The position numbers and the translations under genes are program-made. A DNA stretch of 60,211 bases from an uncultured bacterium (GTDB taxonomy: Bacteria; CAYUVA01): positions 1 to 60,211 of the forward strand of contig CAYUVA010000027.1 in assembly GCA_964448115.1 (NCBI GenBank), written 5' to 3'. Of this stretch, positions 8,356 through 19,401 are shown in pieces (within the stretch, counting starts at the first letter, position 1; every line of letters begins with the position of its first letter). Below the pieces are notes generated by a model. That model was given only the letters and a program-made list of their open reading frames with translations. It was not told the DNA's origin and searched no databases.

Positions 8356-10359
8356 CTACGGCTCCACGGTAAGTTTCGCTCCGATGATGCTTAGAGCGCC
8401 GGCATCATCGACCGCAACCGGCTCCAACAATAACCAGGTGGGTGGGATGCCCGGCTGAACATCGAACCCTATGCCGAAGATGCCATCACGCTTGCCAAAG
8501 TCCTCGTGAGTGCCATCATCATAAAGCAGCACCCCGGTCGGGTTGCCCAGGAAATACCACTCGACCTTTAGGATATCATTGTAACCATCCGGATCTGAGA
8601 CCATGGCGATGTGCTGCACATGTCCGCCCTCTGCCTCGGTTAAGTAGGTCAAGGCATATCCCAAGATCATGACCACCGGGGGGCTGTTGTCTGGATATAC
8701 TGGCACCAGGTAATCCTCGGTCTCGCCATAGACGAATCCGCCAGGTCTAGCGCTTCCGTCCCAGCCGAGTCCTACAGGTGCGGGCTTGAACACGGTCTCA
8801 TCTATGGGATCACGGGTGAGGGTTATGCGCATCCAGACCTTGCCCAGAACCTTGCCCACGGTGAAGGGATCGGTAATCACCATCCTGGTCTGGTTGCTGT
8901 TCAGGTCAAAGGCGAGGTTTCTCACCGCCCACTCTGGAGCATCGGCGGTCTGATAACAGGTCTGATGCCCTGCCCAGGTGCCGTTTCTATCCCAATCGAA
9001 AAGGACATTCAGGTATCGAGTGCCCTCTGGCGCTGCTGGTGAACTGCCTACCTTTATGCGCAAGATCGCCTCTTGACATGCTTTCAGCATCAACTTAGTG
9101 GGATCGATACCGTCATCAAGGTGATCGTGATCAGGCTCACAAGCGACCACCACCTTGATATTCGGCTCGCCATCCTCATCGTTGTTTATATCCCAGGCAT
9201 CTTCCTCGTAGCTTACCCATGGCTTAGGAACCGGTGTCCTGGGATCATATACATTGCCTAGCCACTCCTGTTTCCAATCGAAGTGATTTGCGCCGCGATA
9301 GTTCGGATTCCTCGCAAAGCGTGTATTAAACAAGGTCGGGAACCTACCAAGCACCGTATCGTTAGGTGGCTCGTATCCGCACAGCATATTGCAAAGCGTG
9401 CTGTCTGGTGCATCTCCAAAGTCTCCTCTTACGGTAGTTGGAGTTGAGGTCGGGGTACGAGTAGGGGTTCTAGTCGGGGTTGTGGTCGGTGGAGGTGGGG
9501 TCGGAGTCGGCGTTCTGGTTGGTGTCCTGGTCGGGGTTCGGGTAGCTGTTGGTGTCCTGCTTGGTGTCCTGCTTGGTGTCATGGTTGGAGTTGAGGATGG
9601 CGGTATCCATGTATTGGTCGGGGTTAAGGTAGGTGTGTAGGTAGGTGGCAGGGGGGTATCGGTAGGGGTAACTGACGGGGTTGGTGATACTGTCGGGGTA
9701 TCGGTAAACGTTGGTGTTTCAGTAACTGTAGGTGTTTCGGTAACTGTAGGTGTATCGGTAACCGTCGGAGTATCGGTTGGTGTCGGGGTTATGGTTGGTG
9801 TCGTTGATGGGCTTGAGGTCGGAGTCAGCGACGGGGTTGAGGTCGGAGATGTGGTCGGGGTAACGCTGGGAGTGCCGCTCGGAGTAGCCGTGGATGTCGC
9901 TGTTGGAGTTGCCGTAGGAGTAGGGAAATAATACTCCTCCTGAGGACCAATAGGAGTACCATTATATGTCATCCAGAATACCATATAAACTGGATACGGT
10001 CCCATTACCCAGAAACAAGCAAGAAAGGGTTCGCCTGGCATGATTACCCCATAAGTGATGTAGTCCATAAGCCAGATGCCAGATATATCGTCATAAGTTG
10101 GTATAAAGGCATCCCAAGGAAAGCCATCCCATAATTCCCCCAGCAACATCCAGTCGCCGGGGAACTCAACATGAAAATCATTTACCTGATCAACAGTGGT
10201 ATTTATTCCTGCTATGCAGATCTTCCAAGCTTCAACCTCAGGATCCCACTCAACGGTAACCTCGTACCAACTGGTGGCATAAGATGAGCCAAAGGCTGTG
10301 CACATGATTACAACAGTGGATATCAACACCGCCAGATGCTTTACATGATCGTTCATCAT
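8356..10359 (-). CDS. Secreted protein: Pro/Thr-rich linker, GEVED-like domain, shared C-terminal domain
   Basis: Signal peptide; about 165 aa TPT-repeat linker; DFGDAPD ... FDWDRNGTW ... WMRITL ... YGETEDY (GEVED-like); last 108 aa align with the C-termini of 24942..26795 and 48989..51868. Confidence 0.8.
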   Translation of the reverse strand: MMNDHVKHLAVLISTVVIMCTAFGSSYATSWYEVTVEWDPEVEAWKICIAGINTTVDQVNDFHVEFPGDWMLLGELWDGFPWDAFIPTYDDISGIWLMDYITYGVIMPGEPFLACFWVMGPYPVYMVFWMTYNGTPIGPQEEYYFPTPTATPTATSTATPSGTPSVTPTTSPTSTPSLTPTSSPSTTPTITPTPTDTPTVTDTPTVTETPTVTETPTFTDTPTVSPTPSVTPTDTPLPPTYTPTLTPTNTWIPPSSTPTMTPSRTPSRTPTATRTPTRTPTRTPTPTPPPPTTTPTRTPTRTPTSTPTTVRGDFGDAPDSTLCNMLCGYEPPNDTVLGRFPTLFNTRFARNPNYRGANHFDWKQEWLGNVYDPRTPVPKPWVSYEEDAWDINNDEDGEPNIKVVVACEPDHDHLDDGIDPTKLMLKACQEAILRIKVGSSPAAPEGTRYLNVLFDWDRNGTWAGHQTCYQTADAPEWAVRNLAFDLNSNQTRMVITDPFTVGKVLGKVWMRITLTRDPIDETVFKPAPVGLGWDGSARPGGFVYGETEDYLVPVYPDNSPPVVMILGYALTYLTEAEGGHVQHIAMVSDPDGYNDILKVEWYFLGNPTGVLLYDDGTHEDFGKRDGIFGIGFDVQPGIPPTWLLLEPVAVDDAGALSIIGAKLTVEP
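9430..9925 (-). repeat. Coding low-complexity tandem repeats (TPT/TDTPTV/TPTR linker)
   Basis: Repeated 12-18 bp units, e.g. gtaactgtaggtgt(t/a)tcg and ttggtgtcctg, encoding a Thr/Pro linker. Confidence 0.85.
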
Positions 10360-10494
10360 TGCTTCTCCTTAATGAAGGGGATGACCATTATGAATTATTA
10401 ACTCCTTTTGTTTCTACTCATTTAATAACAAAAAAAACAATAAATCAAGTACTTGTATTCCCCAATCTTAGAATATTACCCCAAAGTTGCTAAC

Positions 10495-12660
10495 TTATTG
10501 TTTCGCTTCTGCTACTAACGATAACTCGAATATCTGTAAACTCATCTCATATTGAAAGGAGTCTTTGGGTACCTCGATGTATGATGTATGCCATCTTGTA
10601 GTAGAAAACTCGAAGCTGTCCAAAAAATTAAACTTTATATTTCCATACTGTTTTGGGGGATATCCCTCATCAGAATATCTAACATGAAAGATTTTCCTGC
10701 CTTGCCTAAGAAGATCCTCGATGAAATCAATCAACGCCTCGCTATCCTTTATCTTTTTTACCAGCATTAGCGTATCTATTCCATAAACATGCTGAAAGAG
10801 CATCATAAAATGTACCCCTACCCGGTTGGTTGTGATAACGATATCTGCGGGTTTAAGTCTCTTAGCTACCTTTTCTGTTAAGTTGATCAAGCCTCTGAAT
10901 TCGCGATGGAGGGCTATACGGCTGGTATCTTTGAGGTATCCAAAGAATATGCTAACGAACAGGATTGCTATACAAATCCTTCTTATACCGAGTGGAATTG
11001 CCTTGAAGTTCACGATCTTAGATAGCGCATATCCAGCACATGCTAAAATGAATGGTATAACTACAGGATGGAATCTGCGCATCACCCAGAAGTGGAAGGG
11101 GTTGCAGCGCTGGTAATACACGAAAAACAGCGTGTAAAATATCCCCAGGCTGAAAAAAAGGAAGTACTCGCTGCGCCATTTATCGCGCAAGGCAGCGATC
11201 AGCCCGAACAAGCCGAGTAATAGAGCCGGTTGCCCTAGATACCATCCCAGCCGCACCAGGTTCTCCTCTCTGAAAGATCGCTTAGAATCCCAACCATAAA
11301 TGTCAGGCTTATGAACATCCTTAATGTAGGGACGAATGAAGTCAGCATAGATGAAAAGTATGACCAGGCAAAATGCAATAAAATAAACCAGGTATGGACG
11401 GAGCCTTGGATATGCCTTGTCGATCAAGCTAGTTCTGCGAGAGATAATCGCCCCGACTACTACAGATGCAAGGTAGGCAACCGATAGGGCGGCAAGTGGA
11501 CCATAAGGAACATCGTTTAATAAAAAGCTCTCTAGAAAGTATGGATAGGAGATGGTAACCATCTGCATTGCTGAATAGCCGGCTGTAACTACAAATGGGA
11601 TCAAGAAATAAAGCTGCAACCTCTCGAACCGACCAAGCAGCGCATAAGCAAGAAATCCAACCGCCAAGGGAGCTATCATAAAGTAGCTATCGATCCTGGC
11701 AAACATCGACATTGCCAATGATAACCCACATAAAACGCCATGAAATGGGGACCTGTGTTTAACAAATTGATAGAAGGCATATATGCCCGACCAAATTAAC
11801 AACTGCGCCGCCAGCTCGGTGCTTATGTACCTGGCAAACCAGACCACTATGATATTGAAGCCAAAGAGTGTAGTGGCAGTAAATGCACTAAAATCTCCCA
11901 TTAGCCTTCGGATTGTAATAAAGATGGTAAACAAGGCTAACAGAGCAAGAGTGGGCGTCATTAGCAGTATCCCTGACTTGAATCCAAAGATACTATAGAA
12001 GATCGCAATCCACGACTGGTATAAATACAAATAGCGGGGAGAGATGGCTCCGGTTTCAAGATCGGTTATGAAGAAGCCTGCAATATTTCGGGCCACGCTG
12101 TTGACCTTTTCCTTGTGCCACGGAGTAAGATGATAAAATAGGGGGATCTGATTATCCTCAAGGTGAGGAAGCATGGGATCATACATGGTGAGTGAGCCTT
12201 GTTTTGCTATATGGATCCCATGTACCACATAAACACCGCTATCGGTGCTTGTAATGATGAACTCGGACGGATTGCTGTAGTACAAGGCTGAGGCAAAAGC
12301 TAGGATCACGAGTAAAAGCAGATTGGAACGTTTATTCCAGCCAGTCATGAAAAGTCCCAATGAGAATCCCCGTCCTTTTAGAATAAAAAAGGCTGAGATT
12401 GAACAATTAATTAGCAGAATCGGTTTTAGAGCGAATTGACCTATGTGCGCCAGAACCAGCGCTGCCAGGGAAGTTAGGCAGAAGCTGTAGATCAGTACTG
12501 ATAATATGTTATCTAGCAGATCCCCATGAATCCGGCGAGTTTTATTGAAGCTATTACTCCAGATTGCAAATCCTGGCAGGATGAAGAAGCAAACCAGGTA
12601 GATGGTAGTCCTTGTAATTGAAAATATCATATCGAGAGCCTCATAATGCAAGATGACCAT
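10495..12660 (-). CDS. Polytopic membrane protein, GT-C fold glycosyltransferase (ArnT/PMT/GT39-like)
   Basis: Many TM segments; acidic loop TDSGVY after the first TMs; WFARYISTE; ARIDS; RRFHPVVIP. Start may be at 12630. Confidence 0.65.
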   Translation of the reverse strand: MVILHYEALDMIFSITRTTIYLVCFFILPGFAIWSNSFNKTRRIHGDLLDNILSVLIYSFCLTSLAALVLAHIGQFALKPILLINCSISAFFILKGRGFSLGLFMTGWNKRSNLLLLVILAFASALYYSNPSEFIITSTDSGVYVVHGIHIAKQGSLTMYDPMLPHLEDNQIPLFYHLTPWHKEKVNSVARNIAGFFITDLETGAISPRYLYLYQSWIAIFYSIFGFKSGILLMTPTLALLALFTIFITIRRLMGDFSAFTATTLFGFNIIVVWFARYISTELAAQLLIWSGIYAFYQFVKHRSPFHGVLCGLSLAMSMFARIDSYFMIAPLAVGFLAYALLGRFERLQLYFLIPFVVTAGYSAMQMVTISYPYFLESFLLNDVPYGPLAALSVAYLASVVVGAIISRRTSLIDKAYPRLRPYLVYFIAFCLVILFIYADFIRPYIKDVHKPDIYGWDSKRSFREENLVRLGWYLGQPALLLGLFGLIAALRDKWRSEYFLFFSLGIFYTLFFVYYQRCNPFHFWVMRRFHPVVIPFILACAGYALSKIVNFKAIPLGIRRICIAILFVSIFFGYLKDTSRIALHREFRGLINLTEKVAKRLKPADIVITTNRVGVHFMMLFQHVYGIDTLMLVKKIKDSEALIDFIEDLLRQGRKIFHVRYSDEGYPPKQYGNIKFNFLDSFEFSTTRWHTSYIEVPKDSFQYEMSLQIFELSLVAEAKQ

Positions 12661-12766
12661 GCAAATATAAGTACAACAAAATAAAAATCAAACTGTATTG
12701 ATAAATGCTCGGTTGCAAAAGCTCTGAGTTTTCATATAATCATAGCCTGATAAAGGCATTGAAAGC

Positions 12767-14428
12767 ATGGGAAAAAAGGATCTATCGGACATCGAAAGCT
12801 ATAAGAAGTGGCTACAAAGCCTACAGGGTCAAAGGACAAGGAAACCTGGGTTCAAGACGGTATCGGATCTGGAACTAAAGCCTTTATATATCCCCAAGGA
12901 CAGTCTTGTAAGCGACGCGCTTGACAAGCTCGGCTTTCCTGGCAAGTACCCGTTCACACGCGGGGTCTATCCGACCATGTACCGTGGGCGCTTATGGACG
13001 ATGAGGCAGTACGCCGGCTTCGGGGACGCCAAGAGCACCAACCAGCGCTATCATTATCTATTGAGCCAGGGACAGACCGGCTTGAGCGTAGCGTTCGACC
13101 TTCCAACCCAGATAGGCTACGACTCGGATCATCCGATCGCCGAAGGAGAGGTCGGCAAGGTGGGGGTTGCAATTAGCACCATCGAGGATATGAATGAGCT
13201 GTTCGCCGGCATCCCGCTAGAGAAGATAAGCACCTCGATGACCATAAACTCGACCGCCTCCATCCTGCTTGCCATGTACATCAGCCTAGCCAAAAAACAA
13301 GGCATCTCTTCCTCCAGACTCTCTGGCACCATCCAGAACGACATCCTCAAGGAATATGTGGCTCGGGGTACTTATCGTTTTCCGATCGAGCCATCCATGC
13401 GCCTGATCACCGATATATTCGCCTATTGCTCCAGCAACCTGCCTCGCTTCAACACCATAAGCATAAGCGGGTACCATATACGAGAGGCGGGAAGCGATGC
13501 GGTGCAGGAGGTCGCCTTTACACTGTCCAATGCCATCGCCTATGTTGAGGCTGCCATAAAGGCGGGATTGAAGCCGGATGATTTCGGCAGGCGATTGTCC
13601 TTTTTCTTCGGCGCGCACAACCATATCTTCGAGGAGGCTGCCAAGTTTCGAGCTGCACGAAGGATGTGGGCTAAGATCATGCGCCAGCGCTTCGACTGCA
13701 AGGATGACAAGGCGTGCATGCTCCGCTTCCACACCCAGACCGCCGGCTGCACCCTCACCTATCAGCAGCCGTACAACAACATAATAAGGGTAGCGATGCA
13801 GGCTCTAGCTGCCGTGCTCGGCGGCACCCAATCGCTGCATACCAACTCCATGGACGAGGCTATCAGCCTCCCCTCCGAGTTCGCCGTGCAGATCGCGTTG
13901 CGCACCCAGCAAATTATAGCTTTCGAGAGTGGCGCCGCTGATGTGATCGATCCCCTTGGTGGCTCGCCCTTCATCGAGGAGCTTACCGACATGATCGAGG
14001 AGAAGGCGACCGATTATATAGAGAAGATCGACTCGATGGGCGGAGCAATTGAGGCTATTAAAAAAGGATACATGCAGTCGGAGATACAAAAGACCGCCTA
14101 CAGGCAACAACTGGAGATGGAATCAGCCGATCGTATAGTGGTGGGAGTCAATCGCTTTACCACCGATAATGAAAAGGATATCTCCTTCCAGGTGCAAGAG
14201 CCATCCCCCCAGCTTGCAACAGACAGGATGAATATTTTGTCGAGGTTCAGGGAGGCTCGCAATAACCGCAAGGTCAACGATGCACTCGCGAAACTGGAAA
14301 GCGCCGCTGCTGGTAACGCAAACCTTATGCCTTATGTTATCGAGTGCGTGGAAGCAATGGCAACCATCGGGGAGATATGCAGCGCCCTGGTCAATGTCTT
14401 CGGAGAATATCAGGCTGAGCATCAATGA
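12767..14428 (+). CDS. mcmA1: Methylmalonyl-CoA mutase, substrate-binding (large) subunit of split type
   Basis: [73 protein letters not shown]. The Tyr and Arg specificity residues of MCM are retained; no B12 domain. Confidence 0.93.
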   Translation: MGKKDLSDIESYKKWLQSLQGQRTRKPGFKTVSDLELKPLYIPKDSLVSDALDKLGFPGKYPFTRGVYPTMYRGRLWTMRQYAGFGDAKSTNQRYHYLLSQGQTGLSVAFDLPTQIGYDSDHPIAEGEVGKVGVAISTIEDMNELFAGIPLEKISTSMTINSTASILLAMYISLAKKQGISSSRLSGTIQNDILKEYVARGTYRFPIEPSMRLITDIFAYCSSNLPRFNTISISGYHIREAGSDAVQEVAFTLSNAIAYVEAAIKAGLKPDDFGRRLSFFFGAHNHIFEEAAKFRAARRMWAKIMRQRFDCKDDKACMLRFHTQTAGCTLTYQQPYNNIIRVAMQALAAVLGGTQSLHTNSMDEAISLPSEFAVQIALRTQQIIAFESGAADVIDPLGGSPFIEELTDMIEEKATDYIEKIDSMGGAIEAIKKGYMQSEIQKTAYRQQLEMESADRIVVGVNRFTTDNEKDISFQVQEPSPQLATDRMNILSRFREARNNRKVNDALAKLESAAAGNANLMPYVIECVEAMATIGEICSALVNVFGEYQAEHQ

Positions 14429-14838
14429 TAAGCAATAGGGATGTAAAAGGAAGAATATTGCTGGCAAAGACCGGGCTCGATGGACATAACCGCGGGATAT
14501 TGATCATTGCCCGGGCTCTAAAGGATGCTGGCTTCGAGGTGATATACACCGGGATCAGGCAGACCGCTGAGCAGGTTATCGAGACCGCCTTGCAGGAGGA
14601 TGTGGATTGCATCGGCTTGAGCTGCCTGTCCGGCGCACACCTGACCCACTTTCTAAAGGTGGCGCAACTGGCAAAGGAAAAGGGACTGGGGGAGTTGCCG
14701 CTATTCTGCGGGGGGATAATCCCTGCCAAGGACGATAAAACCCTGAAAAAGGCTGGCTATAAGGACATTTTCCGCCCCGGAACGCGGCTGGAAACCATCA
14801 TCGAGGAGTTCAAGAGAGCATGTGGAAAAAATGAGTGA
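14425..14838 (+). CDS. mcmA2: Methylmalonyl-CoA mutase cobalamin-binding (small) subunit
   Basis: [11 protein letters not shown] (DxHxxG), [29 protein letters not shown] overlap with the large subunit. Confidence 0.92.
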   Translation: MISNRDVKGRILLAKTGLDGHNRGILIIARALKDAGFEVIYTGIRQTAEQVIETALQEDVDCIGLSCLSGAHLTHFLKVAQLAKEKGLGELPLFCGGIIPAKDDKTLKKAGYKDIFRPGTRLETIIEEFKRACGKNE

Positions 14839-15250
14839 TAAGGCTAGGATAGACCATATCGCCATAGCGGTAGAGAGCTTCGAGGCTGTATATCAGGGCT
14901 TCTATAAGTACCTGCCCGGCATCAGCTATCAAGGGAGCGAAACCATCGAGCAACAAGGCGTGATCGTCCACTTCCTCGATGTCGGCAATACGCATATAGA
15001 GCTTTTGGAGCCGATCGATGAAGGAAGCCAGCTGACTAAATTTCTAAAAAAGAAAGGCGCCGGCTTGCATCATATAGCTCTTGAGGTTAATGATATAAAC
15101 AAAACCCTTGGGGAACTCAGGGAGGCTGGCATAAGAATCATCGATCCCGCGCCATCTGTTGGATATGGCGGCAATCTGATCGCCTTTGTCCATCCAGGAT
15201 CCACAAGTGGAGTGCTGGTCGAAATGATCGAGAAAATTAAAGAAGAATAA
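14831..15250 (+). CDS. mce: Methylmalonyl-CoA epimerase
   Basis: [39 protein letters not shown]; operon context. Likely ATG at 14831. Confidence 0.92.
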   Translation: MSDKARIDHIAIAVESFEAVYQGFYKYLPGISYQGSETIEQQGVIVHFLDVGNTHIELLEPIDEGSQLTKFLKKKGAGLHHIALEVNDINKTLGELREAGIRIIDPAPSVGYGGNLIAFVHPGSTSGVLVEMIEKIKEE

Positions 15251-15257
15251 AAGAAAA

Positions 15258-16808
15258 ATGAAAAAGGAAGATAAGCTGAAGATCTTAAGGGATATGAACG
15301 CCAAGGCGATGCTCGGTGGAGGGGCGGACCGTATCGAAAAACAGCATCAAAAGGGGAAACTGACCGCCAGGGAGAGGATAGAGATCCTCCTTGACAAAGG
15401 CTCCTTCGAGGAGTTGGATCGCTTCGTAACCCACAAGTGCACCGACTTTGGGCTGGACAAGCAAAAAATACTCGGCGATGGGGTGGTTACTGGCTTTGGC
15501 ACCATCGATGGTCGCAAGGTATATGTCTTCTCGCAGGATTTCACCGTGTTCGGTGGATCTCTAGGGCTTGGTCATGCGAGGAAGATCTGCAAGATCATGG
15601 ACATGGCACTCAAGACGGGGCATCCGGTCATCGGCTTGAACGACTCCGGTGGCGCCAGGATACAAGAGGGAGTGGTCAGCCTGGGTGGATATGCGGAGAT
15701 CTTCCTCAGAAACACGCTCGCCTCTGGCGTCATCCCCCAGGTAAGCGCCATACTCGGTCCCTGCGCCGGCGGTGCGGTTTACTCGCCAGCGATCACCGAT
15801 TTTATCGTAATGACCGACAATACGAGCTACATGTTCGTAACCGGTCCCGATGTTGTAAAAACGGTAACCAACGAGGTTGTAACCCACGAGGAGCTAGGGG
15901 GAGCAAAGGTGCATGCCTCTACCAGCGGAGTTGCTCACCTGCGAGCAGCCAACGACAAACAGTGCCTGCAACTGGTGCGCAAGCTGATCTCATACATACC
16001 ATCGAACAACATGGAGCAACCGCCATTCATACCCAGCGATGATCCAAAAGATAGAAGGGACGAGGAGCTAAACAGCCTGGTGCCGACCGACTCGAACAAA
16101 CCTTATGATATTAAGGATGTCATCAAGCATATCGTTGATGATGGCGATTTCTTCGAGATCCACGGCGAGTATGCCGCCAATATAGTGGTCGGCTTCGCAC
16201 GCATAGGTGGCTTCTCGGTGGGGATAGTGGGGAATCAACCAGCCTATCTAGCCGGTACTTTGGATATCGCCGCCTCGCTCAAGGGCGCCAGGTTCGTGCG
16301 CTTCTGCGACTGCTTCAATATCCCAATCATAACCTTCGAGGATGTGCCTGGATTTTTACCTGGCACCGGTCAAGAGCACGGTGGCATAATAAAACACGGC
16401 GCCAAGCTGCTTTATGCCTATTGCGAGGCAACCGTGCCCAAGATAACCGTCATCACCCGCAAGGCTTACGGTGGAGCTTATGATGTAATGAACTCCAAGC
16501 ATGTGCGGGGCGACCTGAACTACGCCTGGCCGACCGCCGAGATCGCTGTTATGGGTCCAAAAGGTGCAGTAGAGATACTCTATCGCAAGGAGATCGCATC
16601 CGCGCTAGATCCTAAGAAAGTCGCTGATGAAAAGATCGCAGAGTACGAGAAGCTCTTTGCGAATCCTTATGTAACAGCATCCTATGGGTATATCGATGAG
16701 GTGATCGAGCCGCGCGACACAAGATTCAAGCTCATCAGGTCACTAGAGCTACTCAAGGAAAAGCAGGACAATAATCCACCAAAGAAACATGGAAATATAC
16801 CGTTATGA
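15258..16808 (+). CDS. pccB: Acyl-CoA carboxylase carboxyltransferase subunit (propionyl-CoA carboxylase beta type)
   Basis: [64 protein letters not shown]. Confidence 0.93.
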   Translation: MKKEDKLKILRDMNAKAMLGGGADRIEKQHQKGKLTARERIEILLDKGSFEELDRFVTHKCTDFGLDKQKILGDGVVTGFGTIDGRKVYVFSQDFTVFGGSLGLGHARKICKIMDMALKTGHPVIGLNDSGGARIQEGVVSLGGYAEIFLRNTLASGVIPQVSAILGPCAGGAVYSPAITDFIVMTDNTSYMFVTGPDVVKTVTNEVVTHEELGGAKVHASTSGVAHLRAANDKQCLQLVRKLISYIPSNNMEQPPFIPSDDPKDRRDEELNSLVPTDSNKPYDIKDVIKHIVDDGDFFEIHGEYAANIVVGFARIGGFSVGIVGNQPAYLAGTLDIAASLKGARFVRFCDCFNIPIITFEDVPGFLPGTGQEHGGIIKHGAKLLYAYCEATVPKITVITRKAYGGAYDVMNSKHVRGDLNYAWPTAEIAVMGPKGAVEILYRKEIASALDPKKVADEKIAEYEKLFANPYVTASYGYIDEVIEPRDTRFKLIRSLELLKEKQDNNPPKKHGNIPL

Positions 16809-16906
16809 TGAGTGCGAGGTGCAAGTTTGAGGGATGAGAGTTTTTTACCACTAAGGCACAAAGAGGAAAATGTTTGAAGTGCGAAATCAGCCACCAAGGG
16901 GAGAAT

Positions 16907-16932
16907 TAGCCAGGCGCGTACGCGCCTGGCTA
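16907..16932. repeat. Perfect 26-bp palindrome, GTAG-type REP-like
   Basis: TAGCCAGGCGCGTACGCGCCTGGCTA; reads GTAG-CCAGGCGCGT-ACGCGCCTGG on the minus strand. Confidence 0.8.
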
Positions 16933-16960
16933 CAGATGGAATTGCCCCGTCGGTGCAAGG

Positions 16961-17054
16961 ACTGGATGCCCGCCTTCGCGGGCATGACAATGAGGGTGGG
17001 CATATCCCTCTCACGACCTTGTCGGGATCATTCCCGCGAAGGAGGAAATCCAGT
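16961..17054. repeat. REP/BIME-like inverted doublet, copy 1
   Basis: Left arm ACTGGATGCCCGCCTTCGCGGGCATGACAA; inverted degenerate right arm TCATTCCCGCGAAGGAGGAAATCCAGT. The left arm is identical to 48598..48627. Confidence 0.85.
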
Positions 17055-17127
17055 AATTATTGGCATTATAGCAACGATACAGGACATAATATGTCATCAC
17101 CTTAGCACGAGGAAATAGTAAATAGAA

Positions 17128-18645
17128 ATGTTTAACAAGATCCTGGTTGCCAATCGAGGTGAGATCGCACTGCGGGTTATCCGAGCCTGCCATGACTTGG
17201 GAATAAAGACGGTGGCAGTTTATTCAGAAGCCGACCGCAGGGCATTACATGTCCGCATGGCTGATCATGCGGTCTGCCTTGGAGATCCCAAGCCCTCGGA
17301 AAGCTACCTGAACATAGACAAGATCCTCGAGGCAGCAAAGAAACTCGGCGCCGATGCGATCCATCCCGGCTACGGGTTTCTATCGGAAAATGCCGCTTTC
17401 GCCCGTGCTTGCAAGGATAGCAGTATCGTGTTCATCGGTCCATCTGCTGAGGCTATTGCAGCCATGGGAGATAAAGTACAAGCAAGAAACGCAGCCGTAA
17501 AAGCTGGCGCGCCGGTCATCCCCGGCAGCCTCAAGGAGCTAAATGATCCCCAATCCCTCAAGGCTGAGGCAGCAGAGATGGGCTATCCGGTCATGCTCAA
17601 AGCGGTCGGTGGTGGTGGTGGTAAAGGGATTAGGATAGTGAACTCCGAGCCTGAACTGGGTAAATCCTTTGAGATGGCACGCAACGAAGCGACAAAGTCC
17701 TTCGGTAATCCCGGCATATATCTGGAGAAGTATCTTGTGGAGCCGAGACACATCGAGATACAACTTCTGGGCGACATGCATGGCAACATGGTGCACTTCG
17801 GGGAACGGGAGTGCTCCATCCAGCGCAACCATCAGAAGATCATCGAGGAGTGCCCATCGCCAGTCGTCTCCAGCGAGCTGCGCCAGAAGATGGGTCAGGA
17901 TGCAATACGAATTGCCAAGACAATAGGCTATTATAATGCCGGCACCATCGAGTTCCTGGTCGATAAGGATATGAACTACTACTTCCTGGAGATGAACACC
18001 CGCTTGCAGGTGGAGCATACCATTACCGAGGAGGTCTATGGCATCAACTTCGTCAGGGAGCAGATCAAGATCGCAGCCGGCGAGAGGCTGGATTTTACAC
18101 AGCAGGGGATACAGCCAAATGGTCATGCAATCGAAGTGCGCATCTGCGCTGAGGATCCACAGCATAATTTTGCGCCCTCTGTCGGGATAATAACACACCT
18201 GCAGACGCCATCAGGCAGGAAAGTAAGGCTCGACTCAGCTCTATATCCGGGCATGGAGATCAATCTTTATTACGATCCCATGGTGGCTAAGCTGATCGTC
18301 TGGGGCAGGGAGCGGCAATTTGCTATTTCAAGGATGATAACCGCTCTTAGGGAGTTCGAGGTCGATGGGATTAGGACAAATATCCCTTATTTATTAAGCA
18401 TCCTTAAGGATAAAACCTTCGGGCAAGGGGAATACAGCACCGCCTTTTTGGGTAATTTCTGCTGGGAGACCAAAGAGTTGGATGCGGACTCCAGGGAGAT
18501 ATTTGCCATGGCAGCAGCCCTGAAGGCATTCCATGAGTCGGTAAGCCCCCCTACCGAGGCAGAGACCTATAAGCCAAGCGACTCGGCGAGGCAGGTTAGC
18601 AATTGGCAGCGCTGCGGGATGTGCCGACGACTTAAAAAATGTTGA
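17128..18645 (+). CDS. accC: Biotin carboxylase subunit (acetyl/propionyl-CoA carboxylase)
   Basis: KILVANRGEIA, HPGYGFLSENA, GGGGKG, ERECSIQRNHQK, FLEMNTRLQVEH, YYDPMVAK. Confidence 0.93.
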   Translation: MFNKILVANRGEIALRVIRACHDLGIKTVAVYSEADRRALHVRMADHAVCLGDPKPSESYLNIDKILEAAKKLGADAIHPGYGFLSENAAFARACKDSSIVFIGPSAEAIAAMGDKVQARNAAVKAGAPVIPGSLKELNDPQSLKAEAAEMGYPVMLKAVGGGGGKGIRIVNSEPELGKSFEMARNEATKSFGNPGIYLEKYLVEPRHIEIQLLGDMHGNMVHFGERECSIQRNHQKIIEECPSPVVSSELRQKMGQDAIRIAKTIGYYNAGTIEFLVDKDMNYYFLEMNTRLQVEHTITEEVYGINFVREQIKIAAGERLDFTQQGIQPNGHAIEVRICAEDPQHNFAPSVGIITHLQTPSGRKVRLDSALYPGMEINLYYDPMVAKLIVWGRERQFAISRMITALREFEVDGIRTNIPYLLSILKDKTFGQGEYSTAFLGNFCWETKELDADSREIFAMAAALKAFHESVSPPTEAETYKPSDSARQVSNWQRCGMCRRLKKC

Positions 18646-18667
18646 CACAAATATTGACCAGGTACTC

Positions 18668-19189
18668 ATGGAAAGAAGATATACATATTTCATAAATCTG
18701 GGTGGCGAGGAGATAAAGGTCGCTATCAAACAGACCGACCGCGATCTGCTATGCATTGAAATCGGGAATAAGACTCATCAGGTATCCCTTGAGAGGCTGC
18801 AAAGGACCTCCTACTACCTGCTGAGCATCGATGAGAAGATCTTCAAGGTGAAGATAGAGGGAAAAGCGGAGGATATGCTCGTAACCTTCGATGGAGTACC
18901 TATTCAAATCAGCGTGATGGATGAACTCAGCAAGCACCTGTCGTTATATGCTCCCCAGAAGGAGCATCAAAGCAACGAGGTGGTAGTAAAAAGCCACATG
19001 CCTGGATTTGTAACCAGGGTCAATGTCTCAGTAGGTGATGCGGTCAAGGAGGGTGATGGCTTGCTCAACCTTGAGGCGATGAAGATGGAGAACGAGCTGT
19101 ATGCCCCCAGGAGCGGGATTATCGATAAGGTACATGTCAAACAAGGTCAGACGGTTGGCGCTGGTGCACCGCTGGTTACAATCAAGTAA
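18668..19189 (+). CDS. Biotin carboxyl carrier protein
   Basis: SHMPG ... LEAMKMENEL biotinylation motif in the C-terminal domain. Confidence 0.92.
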   Translation: MERRYTYFINLGGEEIKVAIKQTDRDLLCIEIGNKTHQVSLERLQRTSYYLLSIDEKIFKVKIEGKAEDMLVTFDGVPIQISVMDELSKHLSLYAPQKEHQSNEVVVKSHMPGFVTRVNVSVGDAVKEGDGLLNLEAMKMENELYAPRSGIIDKVHVKQGQTVGAGAPLVTIK

Positions 19190-19206
19190 CCTGGTGCACT
19201 TTTTTT
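19164..19206 (+). terminator. Probable intrinsic terminator of the mcm/pcc operon
   Basis: GTGCACC-gct-GGTTAC-aatcaa-GTAACC-t-GGTGCAC followed by T7; overlaps the BCCP stop codon. Confidence 0.55.
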
Positions 19207-19314
19207 AGTTATAAAATTTATTATTGCTTCATATATTTGAATTAGTTTTAGATTGAAAAAAACTTTCTACATGTTTATCTTAACTATACCATCAAGTTTC
19301 CTGTAAGTCTTATC

Positions 19315-19343
19315 TTGACATAGAACTTCTCCAATGTTACTTT
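19315..19343 (+). promoter_or_regulatory. Putative sigma70 promoter for the TPR/DUF4388 operon
   Basis: TTGACA-17 bp-TACTTT with extended -10 TG. Confidence 0.5.
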
Positions 19344-19401
19344 TTCACTGAATAAAAGTGTGTAATTAGTTCGAGAGAGAATAAACACACCAGGAAACGG
19401 C

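Noticed and set aside
9430-9925. Tandem repeat array as CRISPR or non-coding VNTR
   Set aside because: In-frame degenerate codon repeats encoding a Thr/Pro linker.
12661-12766. Cobalamin riboswitch before the mutase operon
   Set aside because: The spacer is short and AT-rich with no B12 box.
16870-17118. 82-aa ORF between pccB and accC
   Set aside because: Made of palindromic repeat sequence (WMPAFAGMT is the translated repeat arm).
17539-18198. 219-aa minus-strand ORF
   Set aside because: Antisense shadow of biotin carboxylase.
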